Origin: Squalus acanthias
Taxonomy: Eukaryota
Assembly: GCA_030390025.1 (NCBI GenBank)
Contig: CM059431.1
Location: forward strand, 129,892,001 to 129,956,000
Direction of reading: 5' to 3'
Length of the DNA stretch: 64,000 bases
Below the pieces are notes generated by a model. It had not been told where the DNA came from and searched no databases. It was given only the letters and a program-made list of their open reading frames with translations. Both the position numbers and the translations under genes were made by a program. Each line of letters begins with the position of its first letter. Within the stretch, counting starts at the first letter, position 1. Below are positions 25,087 to 36,737 of the stretch, one piece after another.

Positions 25087-25888
25087 AAGAATGCATAGAA
25101 ACATTAAATAAGAAAATATATACATTCTCACAAACCCACTGAAGACACAGAGACTCCCACATCTCCATTCCCAACTGTCAGGCTAGAGTTGAAGCCAATT
25201 GTTGCCATTGCTTCCTCTTCATGTGCTGTTAAATGCTAGATGATAGCATGTCCTCCTCCCAGTAGCTTGGTGTTCCCTGGTATTGTGTGCTGTCTTCCCC
25301 TGCAGGATGAATGAATTTTGTTAACTGGCTGCTGCATTCTTCAGATCCTGCAGCCACCATCGGTCATGATGTGTGGAATAGATGGTAGCAATGCTCGGTA
25401 TAGGCGAGCAAGGACCTAGGATCTGTGTTCCCTGTAAGGTGCATGGCTGCGCAGGCCACGCAGAGAGCTGGAGTGGGGGCGAGGGGCCCAATACCCAACG
25501 AGTGGGCAAAAATCACCAGTGCCCGAGACAAAGATGGCTCTTACGCGCCGCATAAAGCAGAACTCCCGCCCGCACGAAGGTGGCGACATCCGTGCCCTAG
25601 ACAAAGATGATGGCGTTGCTCAATGAACAAAGCAGCAGGACCCCCTTTGAAAACGGTCCTGAACTGGAAATGTTGATGTGAATGAGTGTGTGATTAAAGC
25701 TGAACAATACCAAAGCGGGAGTGGGAGGGAAGCACTTTTTAATCTTAAATTAGGCCGCAGTTCTACAAGCACTTGTGCTCCCATGGAAAGTGGTTTTGGG
25801 TGCACTTCAATGAAAAAGTGGTGGTATAACCTCCAAGATAATTCAGTGTACTAAAGGCGTGAGGTATAAGTCCCGTATGGGTTTATGT

Positions 25889-26352
25889 TTAGAAACATAG
25901 AAGATAGGAGCAGGAGTAGGCCATTCGGCCCCTCGAGCCTGCTCTGCCATTTAATGAGATCATGGCTGATCATCCAAATTCAGTACCCTGTCCCTGCTTT
26001 CTCCCCATATCCCTTGATCCCTTTAGCCTTAAGAAATATATCTAACTCCTTCTTGAATATATTTAATGAATTGGCCTCAACTGCCTTCTGTGGTAGAGAA
26101 TTCCACAGGTTCACCACTCTCTGGGTGAAGAAATTCCTCCTCATCTCAGTCCTAAATGGCTTACCCCTTATCCTTAGACTGTGACCTCTGGTTCTGGACT
26201 CCCCCACCATCGGGAACATCCTTCCTGCATCTGGTCTCTCTAGTCCTGTTAGAATTTTATAAGTTTCAATGAGATCCCCTCTCATTCTTCTAAACTCTAG
26301 CGAATATAAGCCTAATCGACCCAATCTCTCTTCATACGTCATTCCTGCCATC
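25889..26352 (-). mobile_element. CR1 3' fragment (TTTCTA-tail subfamily)
   Basis: ORF 25980..26402 C-terminal part ends GYGEKAGTGY; 3' UTR ends ...CTATCTTCTATGTTTCTA. Confidence 0.9.
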
Positions 26353-26554
26353 CACAGAGTGCATGTTAACTCCAGCTTTAGTTTCTCACCACCTCCCAGC
26401 AAATGTTGGAAACAAAGTTATTGCAGTGTCTGGTGCAATAATAACAAAACTTAGCAGAACAAGTCATTTGGTTCATCAAGTGTTTTCCTTCCATTTGTCT
26501 ATTTGTTTTTGGGATGAGATGTTAAATCTGCTCCTGTGGTTCAGATGGATTAAT

Positions 26555-26660
26555 AAGGGACAGCCAGCACAGATTTGTTAAAGGCAAATGGTGTCTGACT
26601 AACCTGATTGAGTTATTTGATGAAGTAACAGAGGGTTGATGAAGGTAGTGTAGTAGATCT
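26555..26660 (+). mobile_element. Small CR1 RT fragment
   Basis: Encodes QHRFVKGKWCLTNLIELFDEVT. Confidence 0.7.
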
Positions 26661-26664
26661 TGCA

Positions 26665-28330
26665 AAAATCTGTCTCTCTCCACCTTAAATGTATTTAATG
26701 ACCCAGCCTCCACAGCTCTCTGGGGCAGAGAATTCCACAGATTTACGACCTGCTGAGAGAAGAAATTCCTCCTCATCTCAGTTCTAAAAGGGCGACCCTT
26801 TATTCTGAAACTATGCCCCCGAGTTCTAGATTTCCCCACAATGGGAAACATCCTCTCTGCATCTACCTTGTCAAGCCCCCTCAGTATCTTATGTTTCAAT
26901 AAGATCACCTCTCATTCTTCTACATTCCAATGAGTATAGGCTCAACCTTTCTTCATAAGTCAACCCCCTCATCTCTGGAATTAACCTGGTGAATCGTCTC
27001 TGAACTGCCTCCAATGCAAGTATATCCTTCCTTAAATAAGGAGACCAAAACTGTACGCAGTACTCAAGGTGTGGTCTCACCAATACCCTGTACAGTTGTA
27101 GCAGGACTTCCCTGCTTTTATACTCCAACCCCCTTGCAATAAAGACCAACATTCCAAATGCCTTTTTGATTACTTGCTGTACCTGCATGCTAACTTTTTG
27201 TGTTTCATGCACAAGGACCCCCACGTCCCTCTGAACTGTAGCATTTTGTAATCTCTCCATTTAAATAATTTGCTTTCTTATTTTTCCTGCCAAAGTGGAT
27301 AACCTCGCACTTTTCCACATTATATTTCATCTGCCAAATGTTTGCCCACTCACTTAGCCTGTCTATATCCCTTTGCAGGTTCTTTGAGTGCTCTGCACAA
27401 CTTGCTTTCCCACCCATCTTTGTATCATCCGCAAACTTGGCTACATTACACTCGGTCCCTTCATCCAAGTCATTAATGTAGATTGTAAATAGTTGAGGCC
27501 CCAGCACCGATCCCTGTGGCACCCCACTAGTTACCATTTGCCAACCGGAAAATGACCCATTTATCCCGACTCTCTCTGTAAGTTAGCCAATTCTCTATCT
27601 ATGCTAATATATTACCCCCAACTCTGTGAGCTCTTATCTTATGCAGTAACCTTTTATGTGGCACCTTATCGAATGCCTTCTGGAAATCCAAATACACCAC
27701 ATCCACTGACTCACTCTTGTCCACTCTGCTCATTACATCCTCAAAGAGCTCCAGCAAATTTGTTGAACATGATTTCCCTTTCATAAAACCATGCTGACTC
27801 TGCTTGACTGCATTATGATTTTCCAAATGCCCTGCTACTGCTTCCTTAATGAAGGACTCCAGCATGTTCCCAACGACAGATGTTAGGCTAACTGGTCTAT
27901 GGTTTCCTGCTTTCTGTCTCCCTCCTTTCTTAAATAGGGGTGTTACATTTGCAGTTTTCCAATCCGCTGGGACCTCTCCAGAGTCCAGGGAATTTTGGTA
28001 TATTGCAACCAATGCATCCACTATCTCTGCAGCCACTTCTTTTAAGACCCTGGGATGCAGGCCATCTGGTCCAGGGGACTTGTCATCTTTTAGTCCCATT
28101 ATTTTACCAAGTACTTTTTCCTTAGTGATAGTGATTGTCTTTAGTTCCCCCCTCCCTGTGGCCCCTTGATTATCCATTATTGGGCTGTTGTTAGTGTCTT
28201 CTACCGTGAAGATAGATACAAAATATTTGTTCAGAGTCTATGCCATTTCCCCGTTCCCCATTATTAATTCCCCAGTCTCATCCTCTAAGGGACCAACATT
28301 TACTTTAGCTACTCTTTTCCTTTTTATATA
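26665..28330 (-). mobile_element. CR1 LINE fragment
   Basis: ORFs 27599..28177, 27205..27537, 26889..27260 and 26522..26908 give a colinear RT to C-terminus. Confidence 0.93.
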
Positions 28331-28474
28331 CCAAAAGTATATAAATACATCCTAAGTAAAAGAGTTGATTTCTGCCACCCCACCCCTTGAGATGTGAGGA
28401 GATTTATTTAGTTATGTAAATGTGGTATATAATTAGAACAAATATGTTTATCTGCAGTGGCTAAGAAAAATATT

Positions 28475-29204
28475 GGGCTGAATTTTGCTGTGAATAACGG
28501 TGAGGCTAACTGTAACCTAAGTGTAAATCGGACAGCAACTTCCGGTGACCATATTTAAATGCGGAAATCAGAAAGTTGCTGTCAGAGTTGCCTTGTTCCT
28601 CCAGAAGCTGCGGTATACCAGTTTCTCGTCGAGAGACTCGTCATTGGAATATATTGAACAGCATAAAGTTGCTGTACTTATGTGATATATACACGCTAAA
28701 CTCACCAGAAAAAGTTAGGGCTTGTTCATTTCAGTGTAAGTAATTTTTAACAGCGTGATAAGTCTTAATTACTGCCAAACAACCTCACTTGCACTAAAAA
28801 TTAACATTAACAAGTGTGGAGTCTCATTCCAACACATTTTAATTATTGTTGGAGATTTAAAATAAAAACTTTTCTGACTCTTTCATCTCTCTCTTAATCC
28901 CATCTTTCTTTCCCTCCCTCTTTCGCTTTCTGTAGATGATTTGGCATTGAGTTAACTATTATAACTGACACTTTTGGATGCTGCGCTGCTCATTAATGAT
29001 TCTTCAATCTGATTGGTGAAGGAGATACACAGTTGCTTGCTCTGTTCACACAGGCCCCGGATCCCCTGTAGAGGGCGCTGTGCTGTTTTGGCTCTCCAAT
29101 TTACAGTAAGTTCCAGTGCAAAATCCCACAGTATGTCTGTGGGCAAGTGCCAGTGTGATGAATGGCTGGCGCCGTTCGTTCGCCGCTGAATCAAAATCCG
29201 GCCC
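28475..29204. mobile_element. Non-autonomous Harbinger-type element (family B, copy 2)
   Basis: TIRs GGGCTGAATTTTG / CAAAATCCGGCCC; flanks ATT/GTT; inverted relative to 11075-11843. Confidence 0.75.
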
Positions 29205-30427
29205 GTTATTTATTTTCTGAGGACCAATTAAGAAACACGAACACTTACTTCACTCTCCCTGAAGAGATCTTAAATGCCTTTCCTTTCAGTGGAAATGTAC
29301 ATCCTTCCTCCTTGTAACAGGGTAACCTCTGACTCACCTTGACTAATGAGATGAAAAATAGGTCAGTCTATATATGATTTTAGTGAGTTATAATTTCCAC
29401 TCCCCAACAATGTAGGCAAATCCAGTTACTTTGACTGTTTTACATGCAAGTGAAACTTTTTTTGTAAAATAAACTTTTTTGAAAAGATATATGGACTTTT
29501 TTCCAGTTTTTCTGCCTATGAAAATAAATCCTATTTTTACAATATAGATTAAATGAATTGTGTATAATTTGGTGTTGAATAAATAAACTGCACGTCGTCG
29601 AGAAAGTGACTGGAAAAAATAGGATTTTAGGGTTGTAGTTGTGCTTTGCTGAAGATTGCTCTTTTTTTAAAGAAAGATCATCACTGCTAAGTATATAGTT
29701 TGTGACCAGCCTCCCAAATCTGCAAAGGGGAAAAAATGAGAAATGCCAGGACTTGACTTTTCTTGTCGGAGAATAAATGAGTTCAAGTTACATTGCTGCT
29801 TTAGTTCATTTTGTAAGTGGTGTGGATTGAACCTGGGGTAGCATTGGTTTCCTGGGAGAACTCAAAATTGGTTTTTGAGATTGCCTGTTCAGCACTGGTA
29901 AATTGACAACTTGCAATATATCTAAAGAGAAAGGGATATTATCTGTGAGCCTTATTCTAATTGCATCCAAGGCACCTATCCAAATTATAGAACAAATTAG
30001 AAACAGGACTAAAATTTAATATGATACAATATAAAGTATATAATTTCAATTTGTTTAATCTATGAGGATTTTGCATCCACTTGAATACTAGATATTAAAT
30101 ATGTTTCTATCTCCTCTTGAATTGCAGCACATGAATTATCTTGTATAGTGTAAAATTATTCCTTTGGAACACTGGTATGGATTGACAATTTGCAGGTAAA
30201 AAGTTGCATGTTTATGAGGAGTGTGAAGGAAGAAGAATAATAAAATTATCTGATTATTCAAATCATTGCTCAAAATAGCTCACCTAGTAAGCCAAGATCT
30301 GTAAGCAGTGCCACAGTGGCTCAATTAATATAGTGGTCATGATGCGGAGATGCCGGCGTTGGACTGGGGTGGACAAAAATGAGAAGTCGCACAACACCAG
30401 GTTATAGTCCAACAGATTTATTTAAAA

Positions 30428-30465
30428 TTACAAGCTTTCGGAGCTATCGCCCCTTCTTCAGGTAA
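30428..30465 (-). ncRNA. Minimal type I hammerhead ribozyme motif
   Basis: UUAC-CUGAAGA-A-GGGGC(GAUA)GCUCC-GAAA-GCUU-GUAA: both core boxes, stem I, stem II and palindromic AGCU in helix III. Confidence 0.78.
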
Positions 30466-30749
30466 AGTTACAATGAGTGAATCTACAAAAGTTCTCAGAA
30501 TATAAACACAGATACTGCAGAGATACAATCTTTCCTTACATCAAAGACACACCAAGAGCACAGCCAAGACAATGAGATGTGTCCCAGGGGGTCCAACGTG
30601 TCAAATCCTGCTGTCTGTAGCAGATCTCTCTCCTTATCCCTTCCTCTCTCTCCGTCCTTTTTGGGGTTTGTTTTTTGGGGTTTGTTTTTTGTGTTTGTTT
30701 TTTTTGTGTTTGTTTTTTAAAAACTGGAAAGACAGACAACGATGTCAAG

Positions 30750-31364
30750 TCACGTTCTGTAGCGTGACATGAACCCGATATCCCTATTGAGGCCGTCCTC
30801 ATGAGTGCGGAACTTGGCTATCAGTTTCTGCTCGATGATTTTGCGTTGTCGTGTGTCTCGAAGGCCGCCTTGGAGAACGCTAACCCGCAGATCCGAGGCT
30901 GAATGCCCTTGACTGCTGAAGTGTTCCCCGACTGGGAGGCAACTATCCTGCCTGGCGATTGTTGCGCGGTGTCCATTCATACGTTGTCTCAGTGTCTGCA
31001 TGGTCTCGCCGATGTACCATGCTCTGGGGCATCCTTTCCTGCAACGTATCAGGTAGACAACGTTGGCCGAGTCACATGAGTATGTACCATGTACCTGGTG
31101 GGTAGTGTCCTCACGTGTGATGATGGTATCTGTGTTGATGATCTGGCATGTCTTGCAGAGGTTGCCGTGGCAGGGTTGTGTGGTGTCGTGGTCGCTGTTC
31201 TCCTGACAGCTGGGTAATTTGCAGCGGACGATGGTACTTTTGAGGTTAGGCGAGTAGTGGAGGCGTGGGGATGGCCTTAGCAAGGTGTTCGTCATCGATG
31301 ACATGTTGAAGGCTGCGAAGAACATGGCGTAGTTTCTCTGCTCCAGGGAAGTACTGGACGACGT
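30750..31364 (-). pseudogene. Inverted copy of the PLE ORF 3' end (Cys linker plus open GIY-YIG)
   Basis: PCHGNLCKTC...NVVYLIRC...WYIGET...RMNGH...EQKLIAKFRTHEDGLN, open to the stop at 30750. Confidence 0.85.
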
Positions 31365-33640
31365 CGCTGCCCACAGCTTGACATGTATGCTCAAGCTGTC
31401 AGGAAATGCATCAACGCCAGATTCATCAGCCGCACTCAAGACAGTCCAGAATGTCACCCGAGCACAACGCAACGCCATCCACGCTTTCAAGACCAACCGC
31501 AACATCGTCATCAAACCAGCGGACAAAGGAGGAGCCATGGTCATACAGAACAGAATGGACTATTGCAAAGAAGCATACCGACAACTGGACAACCAGGAAC
31601 ACTACAGACAGTTACCCGCAGATCCGACCAAAGAACACACCCGCCAACTCAATAGACTGATCAAGATCTTCGATCCAGACCTTCAAAACATCCTGCGCGC
31701 TCTCATCCCACGTACTCCCCGCGTAGGAGACTTTTACTGCCTCCCAAAGATACACAAAGCCAACACACCCGGACGTCCTATCGTGTCAGGCAACGGAACC
31801 CTGTGTGAGAACCTCTCTGGGTTCGTCGAGGGCATCCTGAAACCCATCGTACAAGGAACCCCCAGCTTCTGTCGCGACACTACAGACTTCTTGCAGAAAC
31901 TCAGCACCCATGGACCAGTTGAACCAGGAACACTCCTCGCCACGATGGACGTATCGGCACTCTGCACCAATATCCCCCACGATGACGGCATCGCTGCGAC
32001 AGCCTCAGTACTCAACACCAACAACGGCCAATCTCCAGACACCATCCTACAACTCATCCGCTTCATCCTTGACCACAATGTCTTCACCTTCGACAACCAG
32101 TTTTTTACCCAAACACATGGAACAGCCATGGGGACCAAATTCGCACCCCAATACGCCAACATCTTCATGCACAAGTTCGAGCAAGACTTCTTCGCTGCAC
32201 AGGACCTCCAACCAACGCTGTACACCAGATACATCGACGACATCTTCTTCCTTTGGACCCATGGCGAAGGATCACTGAAAGGACTACACGATAGCATCAA
32301 CAGGTTCCATCCCACCATCAAACTCACCATGGACTACTCCTCAGAATCGGTTTCATTCTTGGACACACGAATCTCCATCAAAGACGGACGCCTCAGCACT
32401 TCACTCTACCGCAAGCCCACGGACAACCTCACGATGCTCCACTTCTCCAGCTTCCACCCTAACCACGTTAAAGAAGCCATCCCCTATGGACAAGCCCTGC
32501 GAATACACAGGATCTGCTCAGACGAGGAGGAACGCGATGGACACCTACGGACACTGAAAGACGCCCTCGTAAGAACGGGATATGACGCTCGACTCGTCGA
32601 TCGACAATTCCGACGGGCCACAGCGAAAAACCGCATAGACCTCCTCAGAAGGCGAACACGGGACACAACCAACAGAGTACCCTACGTCGTCCAGTACTTT
32701 CCCGGAGCGGAGAAACTACGCCATGTTCTTCGCAGCCTTCAACACGTCATCGATGACGACGAACACCTTGCTAAGGCCATCCCCACGCCTCCACTACTCG
32801 CCTTCAAGCAGCCGCCTAACCTCAAAAGTACCATCGTTCGCAGCAAATTACCCAGCTGTCGGGAGAACAGCGACCACGACACCACACAACCACGGGCAAC
32901 ACGGTGGCATAGTGGTTAGCACTGTTGCCTCACAGCGCCAGGGACCCGGGTTCGAATCCGGCCTCGGGTGACTGTCTGTGTGGAGTTTGCACATTCTCCC
33001 CGTGTTTGCGTGGGTTTCCTCCGGGTGCTCCGGTTTCCTCCCACAGTCCAAAGATGTGCGGGTTAGGTTGATTTGGCTATGATAAATTGACCCTTAGTGT
33101 TAGGGGGGATTAAATACGTGGGGTTACGGGGATAGGGTGGGATATGTGTCGGTGCAGGCTCGATGGGCCGAAATGGCCTCTATCTGCACTGTGGGGATTC
33201 TGTGATTTTGTGAACCCTGCCACAGCAATCTCTGCAAGACATGCCAGATCATGAACACAGATACCGTCATCACACGTGAGGACACTACCCACCAGGTACA
33301 TGGTACATACTCATGTGACTCGGCCAACGTTGTCTACCTGATACGTTGCAGGAAAGGATGCCCCAGAGCATGGTACATCGGCGAGACCATGCAGACACTG
33401 AGACAACGTATGAACGGACACCGCGCAACAATCGCCAGGCAGGATAGTTGCCTCCCAGTCGGGGAACACTTCAGCAGTCAAGGGCATTCAGCCTCGGGAT
33501 CTGCGGGTTAGCGTTCTCCAAGGCGGCCTTCGAGACACACGACAACGCAAAATCATCGAGCAGAAACTGATAGCCAAGTTCCGCACTCATGAGGACGGCC
33601 TCAATAGGGATATCGGGTTCATGTCACGCTACAGAACGTG
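31365..33640 (+). pseudogene. PLE RT plus GIY-YIG ORF, 5'-truncated and disrupted
   Basis: 513-aa open stretch with KPADKG, LPKIHK, PGRPIVS, GTAMGTKFAPQYANIFM, RYIDD, FLD; SINE inserted at 32892; extra G near 33497 frameshifts the GIY-YIG; probable frameshift near 31440. Confidence 0.92.
32892..33212 (+). mobile_element. HE1-type tRNA-derived V-SINE
   Basis: A box TGGCATAGTGG, B box GGTTCGAATCC, V-domain GTGGAGTTTGCACATTCTCCCCGTG...GGGTTTCCTCCGGGTGCTCCGGTTTCCTCCCACAGTCCAAAG; AACC duplicated at 32888-32891 and 33213-33216; absent from the inverted arm. Confidence 0.92.
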
Positions 33641-33896
33641 ACTTGACATCGTTGTCTGTCTTTCCAGTTTTTAAAAAACAAACACAAAAAACAAACCCCA
33701 AAAAGGACGGAGAGAGAGGAAGGGATATGGAGAGAGATCTGCTGCAGACAGCAGGATTTGACACGTTGGACCCCCTGGGACACATCTCATTGTCTTGGCT
33801 GTGCTCTTGGTGTGTCTTTGATGTAAGGAAAGATTGTATCTCTGCAGTATCTGTGTTTATATTCTGTGAACTTTTGTAGATTCACTCATTGTAACT

Positions 33897-33934
33897 TTAC
33901 CCGAAGAAGGTGCGATAGCTCCGAAAGCTTGTAA
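33897..33934 (+). ncRNA. Hammerhead motif, mutated copy
   Basis: Same motif as 30428-30465, but the core reads CCGAAGA and stem II GGUGC/GCUCC has a mismatch. Confidence 0.65.
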
Positions 33935-34297
33935 TTTTAAATAAATCTGTTGGACTATAACCTGGTGTTGTGCGACTTCTCAATTAATATAGTGACAGTT
34001 GTGAAAATGAAGAAAACACATCCATTGTTCCAAGTTAGGATGATTTAAATTGTCTTATTTAAAAAAAAAAATGTCATGTTACACTTGTGAATAATTTCCT
34101 AAAAAAGAGTTGTTTTCCAATTTAGGTATTATGTTTGCATCATAGCTATTTTTTATACTTTTATGAAATACCCCCACATTAAGACATTACAGTAAACTTT
34201 TCCATGGGCATTCTCATTTTTTAAAACTCATCTGACCTTCAGATCAGAACAACAGTTTCAAACTGTGTGAAGAAAAGCTGAGTTTTCTGAACTCCGT

Positions 34298-34483
34298 GGG
34301 GTAGATCGTTACTTTGTTGATAGTGTAAAATGGATGATAGCGAATCGGCAGCCTGCTTCACATCTCTCCCATTTTTTATTTCTGTTGAAATCAATGGAAA
34401 TAAAAACCGGGAGAGATGTAAAACGGGCTGCCGATTCGCTATCACCCATTTTACACTATCGCACAGTGTCAAAATCTAACCCC
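34298..34483. mobile_element. Palindromic fold-back MITE
   Basis: ATAGTGTAAAATGGATGATAGCGAATCGGCAGCC...GGCTGCCGATTCGCTATCACCCATTTTACACTAT; GGGG/CCCC termini. Confidence 0.8.
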
Positions 34484-35943
34484 TTCACTTGAATATGGGA
34501 TAGTCTGTAACAATGCAATAGATTCCTCCAGTTTTAATTTAAATACAGTTCAGTACTTTGATTGCCCCAAGACCGACTTGAGTCTCCCCGGATAGTTGAG
34601 TAAAGTTTTCATTTCAATGAGAGAATAAATGGTCTCTTTTGACCATACTCTACAATAAGTCTCTAGCTGACTCTGCCTCCTCTTTGACAGGTCAGGAAGT
34701 TATTGTAGAGTTACTAGGTTCTAACAATAGAGATAATATAATGATAGTTCATTTCTTAAAATTTATTGGAAAATGATTTTAAAAAACATATATCAGTTGA
34801 CACAAATTCTCAGTTTTAGGAATATGCTGTCTTTAAGACAGTAAATGAGAGACACTTTTGTAAAGAAGGGCAAAGAGGGATAAAAGGTTAGAGATGGGGA
34901 TATTGAATGGGCAGACAAAAAAAGCGGAGAGAATACAGATATGGTAAACAAAGTATGTTAGGACTGGGAGATGAGAGAGGGAAATTGACTGTCAAATTTA
35001 GAGAAGCAGAGAGATTAGGGCATGTGACAATGCAATAAAATGTGAGAGACATACAGAGAGAAAAGTAAAGGGAAAATTGGGAAACAGAAAAGATTGCATA
35101 GAGTAGGACAGAAGCATAGAGACAATTACAAGAAGACAGACATTTTTTCAGTTTTTCACCATGAGCAAGGCCATGGGAGATCAGTTAGTGCATATATGTT
35201 CTAAAAAAAAATGCATGGTTACTGTGATGATGTCTATTCAACCTCTCATTGAGATTTCTTCAGATTCAGTATCCCAAATAGCTAATATTCTTTATTTATT
35301 GGGTCAGTCATGAGTAATAATGTATTGAAGAACATCTGTGAGAATAATCCTGATATTTCATTTGAACCTGAAGCCTGGAAAGACCAATGGTTTAATTGGG
35401 CCTGTAGTCAATTAAAAAAAAGTAATTTGTTAGATTTTTTTAATACACATCATTTTTAGATATTGTGAATAAAATGATTAATTTGAATTCTCTAAACTGT
35501 TCCTATTCTGTATTACGGTCACGTGTACTTTTGGCTTTGTTCTATCCTTGCACCTGATTTTGGAATAATTTTACAGAGATTATATAAACTATTGTATATA
35601 TGCTGTTAGATCTGAGTTCTTTCCAGCACTCCTCAAGCCTTCCTTTCATATTTCTTTCACACTCTTAATTTATCTTGCGTCTATGTCAGAGGAATAATGT
35701 CTTGCTGGCTCTAATGCTACTAATTAAGATTACAAATATCTGTACTGACTATTTCGGGTTACTTTCAAAATCCAGGATCTATTAATGCAACATTCTGGAA
35801 AACCTGGAAATTACTTTGATGGTGTGGGATGATTTTCCTCTTATGATCCTTGCAAGTCAACTTGCAAAATGCTTGCAGACTTTTTTTCTTTGGTACCTTT
35901 TCAACCACTTTTATCATTGGCACCATGTTTGGGAGGTACATTC

Positions 35944-36193
35944 GGGAAAGATTTTCCTGTGTCTGTATCGGGCACACTGGATTACCTAGACACAGTGAAC
36001 GGCAGAAAATTGGATGCAAGCCTGTTTTTAAAAAAAAAAAAAAAATTGAGCGATGTTTCTTCCATTAATTTAAATGGAAGGAAAATTGCTCAGGTTCTTT
36101 TACCAGCATGTGGCCCGACTCATCCAATTTTTCTATAGTCTCTGTACCCACGCAATCCAATGTGCCTGGATGTAGATCCAGGAAAATCTCATC
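35944..36193. mobile_element. Degenerate fold-back MITE
   Basis: Outer arms GATTTTCCTG...GGCACACTGGATT / AATCCAATGTGCC...CAGGAAAATC; inner arms AAAATTGGATG / CATCCAATTTT; centre TTCCATTAATTTAAATGGAA. Confidence 0.65.
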
Positions 36194-36737
36194 AATAAAC
36201 TCATTGGTAGTTCAGTATAATCAGTGATACTGCTGTGTCATGATGATTTGATTCGCATTTGTCATTTCTTACATTTACCTATCTGAGTCTGACCCCTTGG
36301 CTCTGCTGATAGTATATTGGTAGAGAAGTGTATATTGGTAGAGAAGTATAAACAGTATAATTAATGTGCATAATGCTGAACACGTGTGGTGCCAACTTCA
36401 TTCAGTACAGTGGAAGTTGGGCCTGTGGTGGGGCCGCAATCTTGGAGAAGGCCTCGAAAGTGCTGGCTGGAGTTTTGTTAAGGGCCATGGGAGGAGCACA
36501 TCTGCTTCTCCTGAACCCATAATATAAACTGAAAATTTCTTGGGCCTTTCTTTGCACGGCCTTCTGTGGCCCCTTTAAGGATCGCTGAATACCTGGTACA
36601 ACTAGGCGCAAGCTCCACCCCATTGAACCTGAATTACAAATTCTGGGTCCTACAACAGGTGTAAGACTCTGATTTGTGCATTTAAGGAGCCTAACTCCTA
36701 TTTCAGGTGGATGCCCTACACAACTAAAATCATGCGA

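Larger units (their letters stand above)
20480..25305. mobile_element. Decayed autonomous-type PIF/Harbinger transposon (boundaries uncertain)
   Basis: Nuclease remnant on + (21.0-22.7 kb) convergent with a Myb/SANT remnant on - (~25140-25305, GKTAHNTREHQAT...LTAHEEEAMATIG); three nested CR1 pieces. Confidence 0.65.
30336..33978. mobile_element. Penelope-like retroelement (Neptune-type) with inverted 3' duplication
   Basis: Flanked by the 16-bp direct repeat CTCAATTAATATAGTG (30320-30335, 33979-33994); + copy 31365-33978; inverted 3' copy 30336-31364. Confidence 0.92.

Noticed and set aside
25421..25620. Possible hAT-like terminus (CTGTGTTCCCTGTAAG) and GC-rich patch
   Set aside because: No partner TIR or 8-bp TSD found
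30312..30345. V(D)J RSS heptamer CACAGTG (also at other sites)
   Set aside because: No ACAAAAACC-like nonamer at 12/23 spacing at the sites inspected; no Ig/TCR segments
31734..32330. 198-aa antisense ORF in the Penelope RT
   Set aside because: Shadow frame of a codon-biased ORF; no independent motifs
32894..32965. tRNA gene
   Set aside because: The A and B boxes belong to the SINE head and run straight into the V-domain; no acceptor stem or terminator
35310..35460. Protein-looking short frame MSNNVLKNICENNPDISFEPEAWKDQWFNW
   Set aside because: About 49 codons, no recognised homology and no clear splice sites
36311..36350. 18-bp tandem duplication GTATATTGGTAGAGAAGT
   Set aside because: Simple two-unit slippage; not a CRISPR-like array or a TSD
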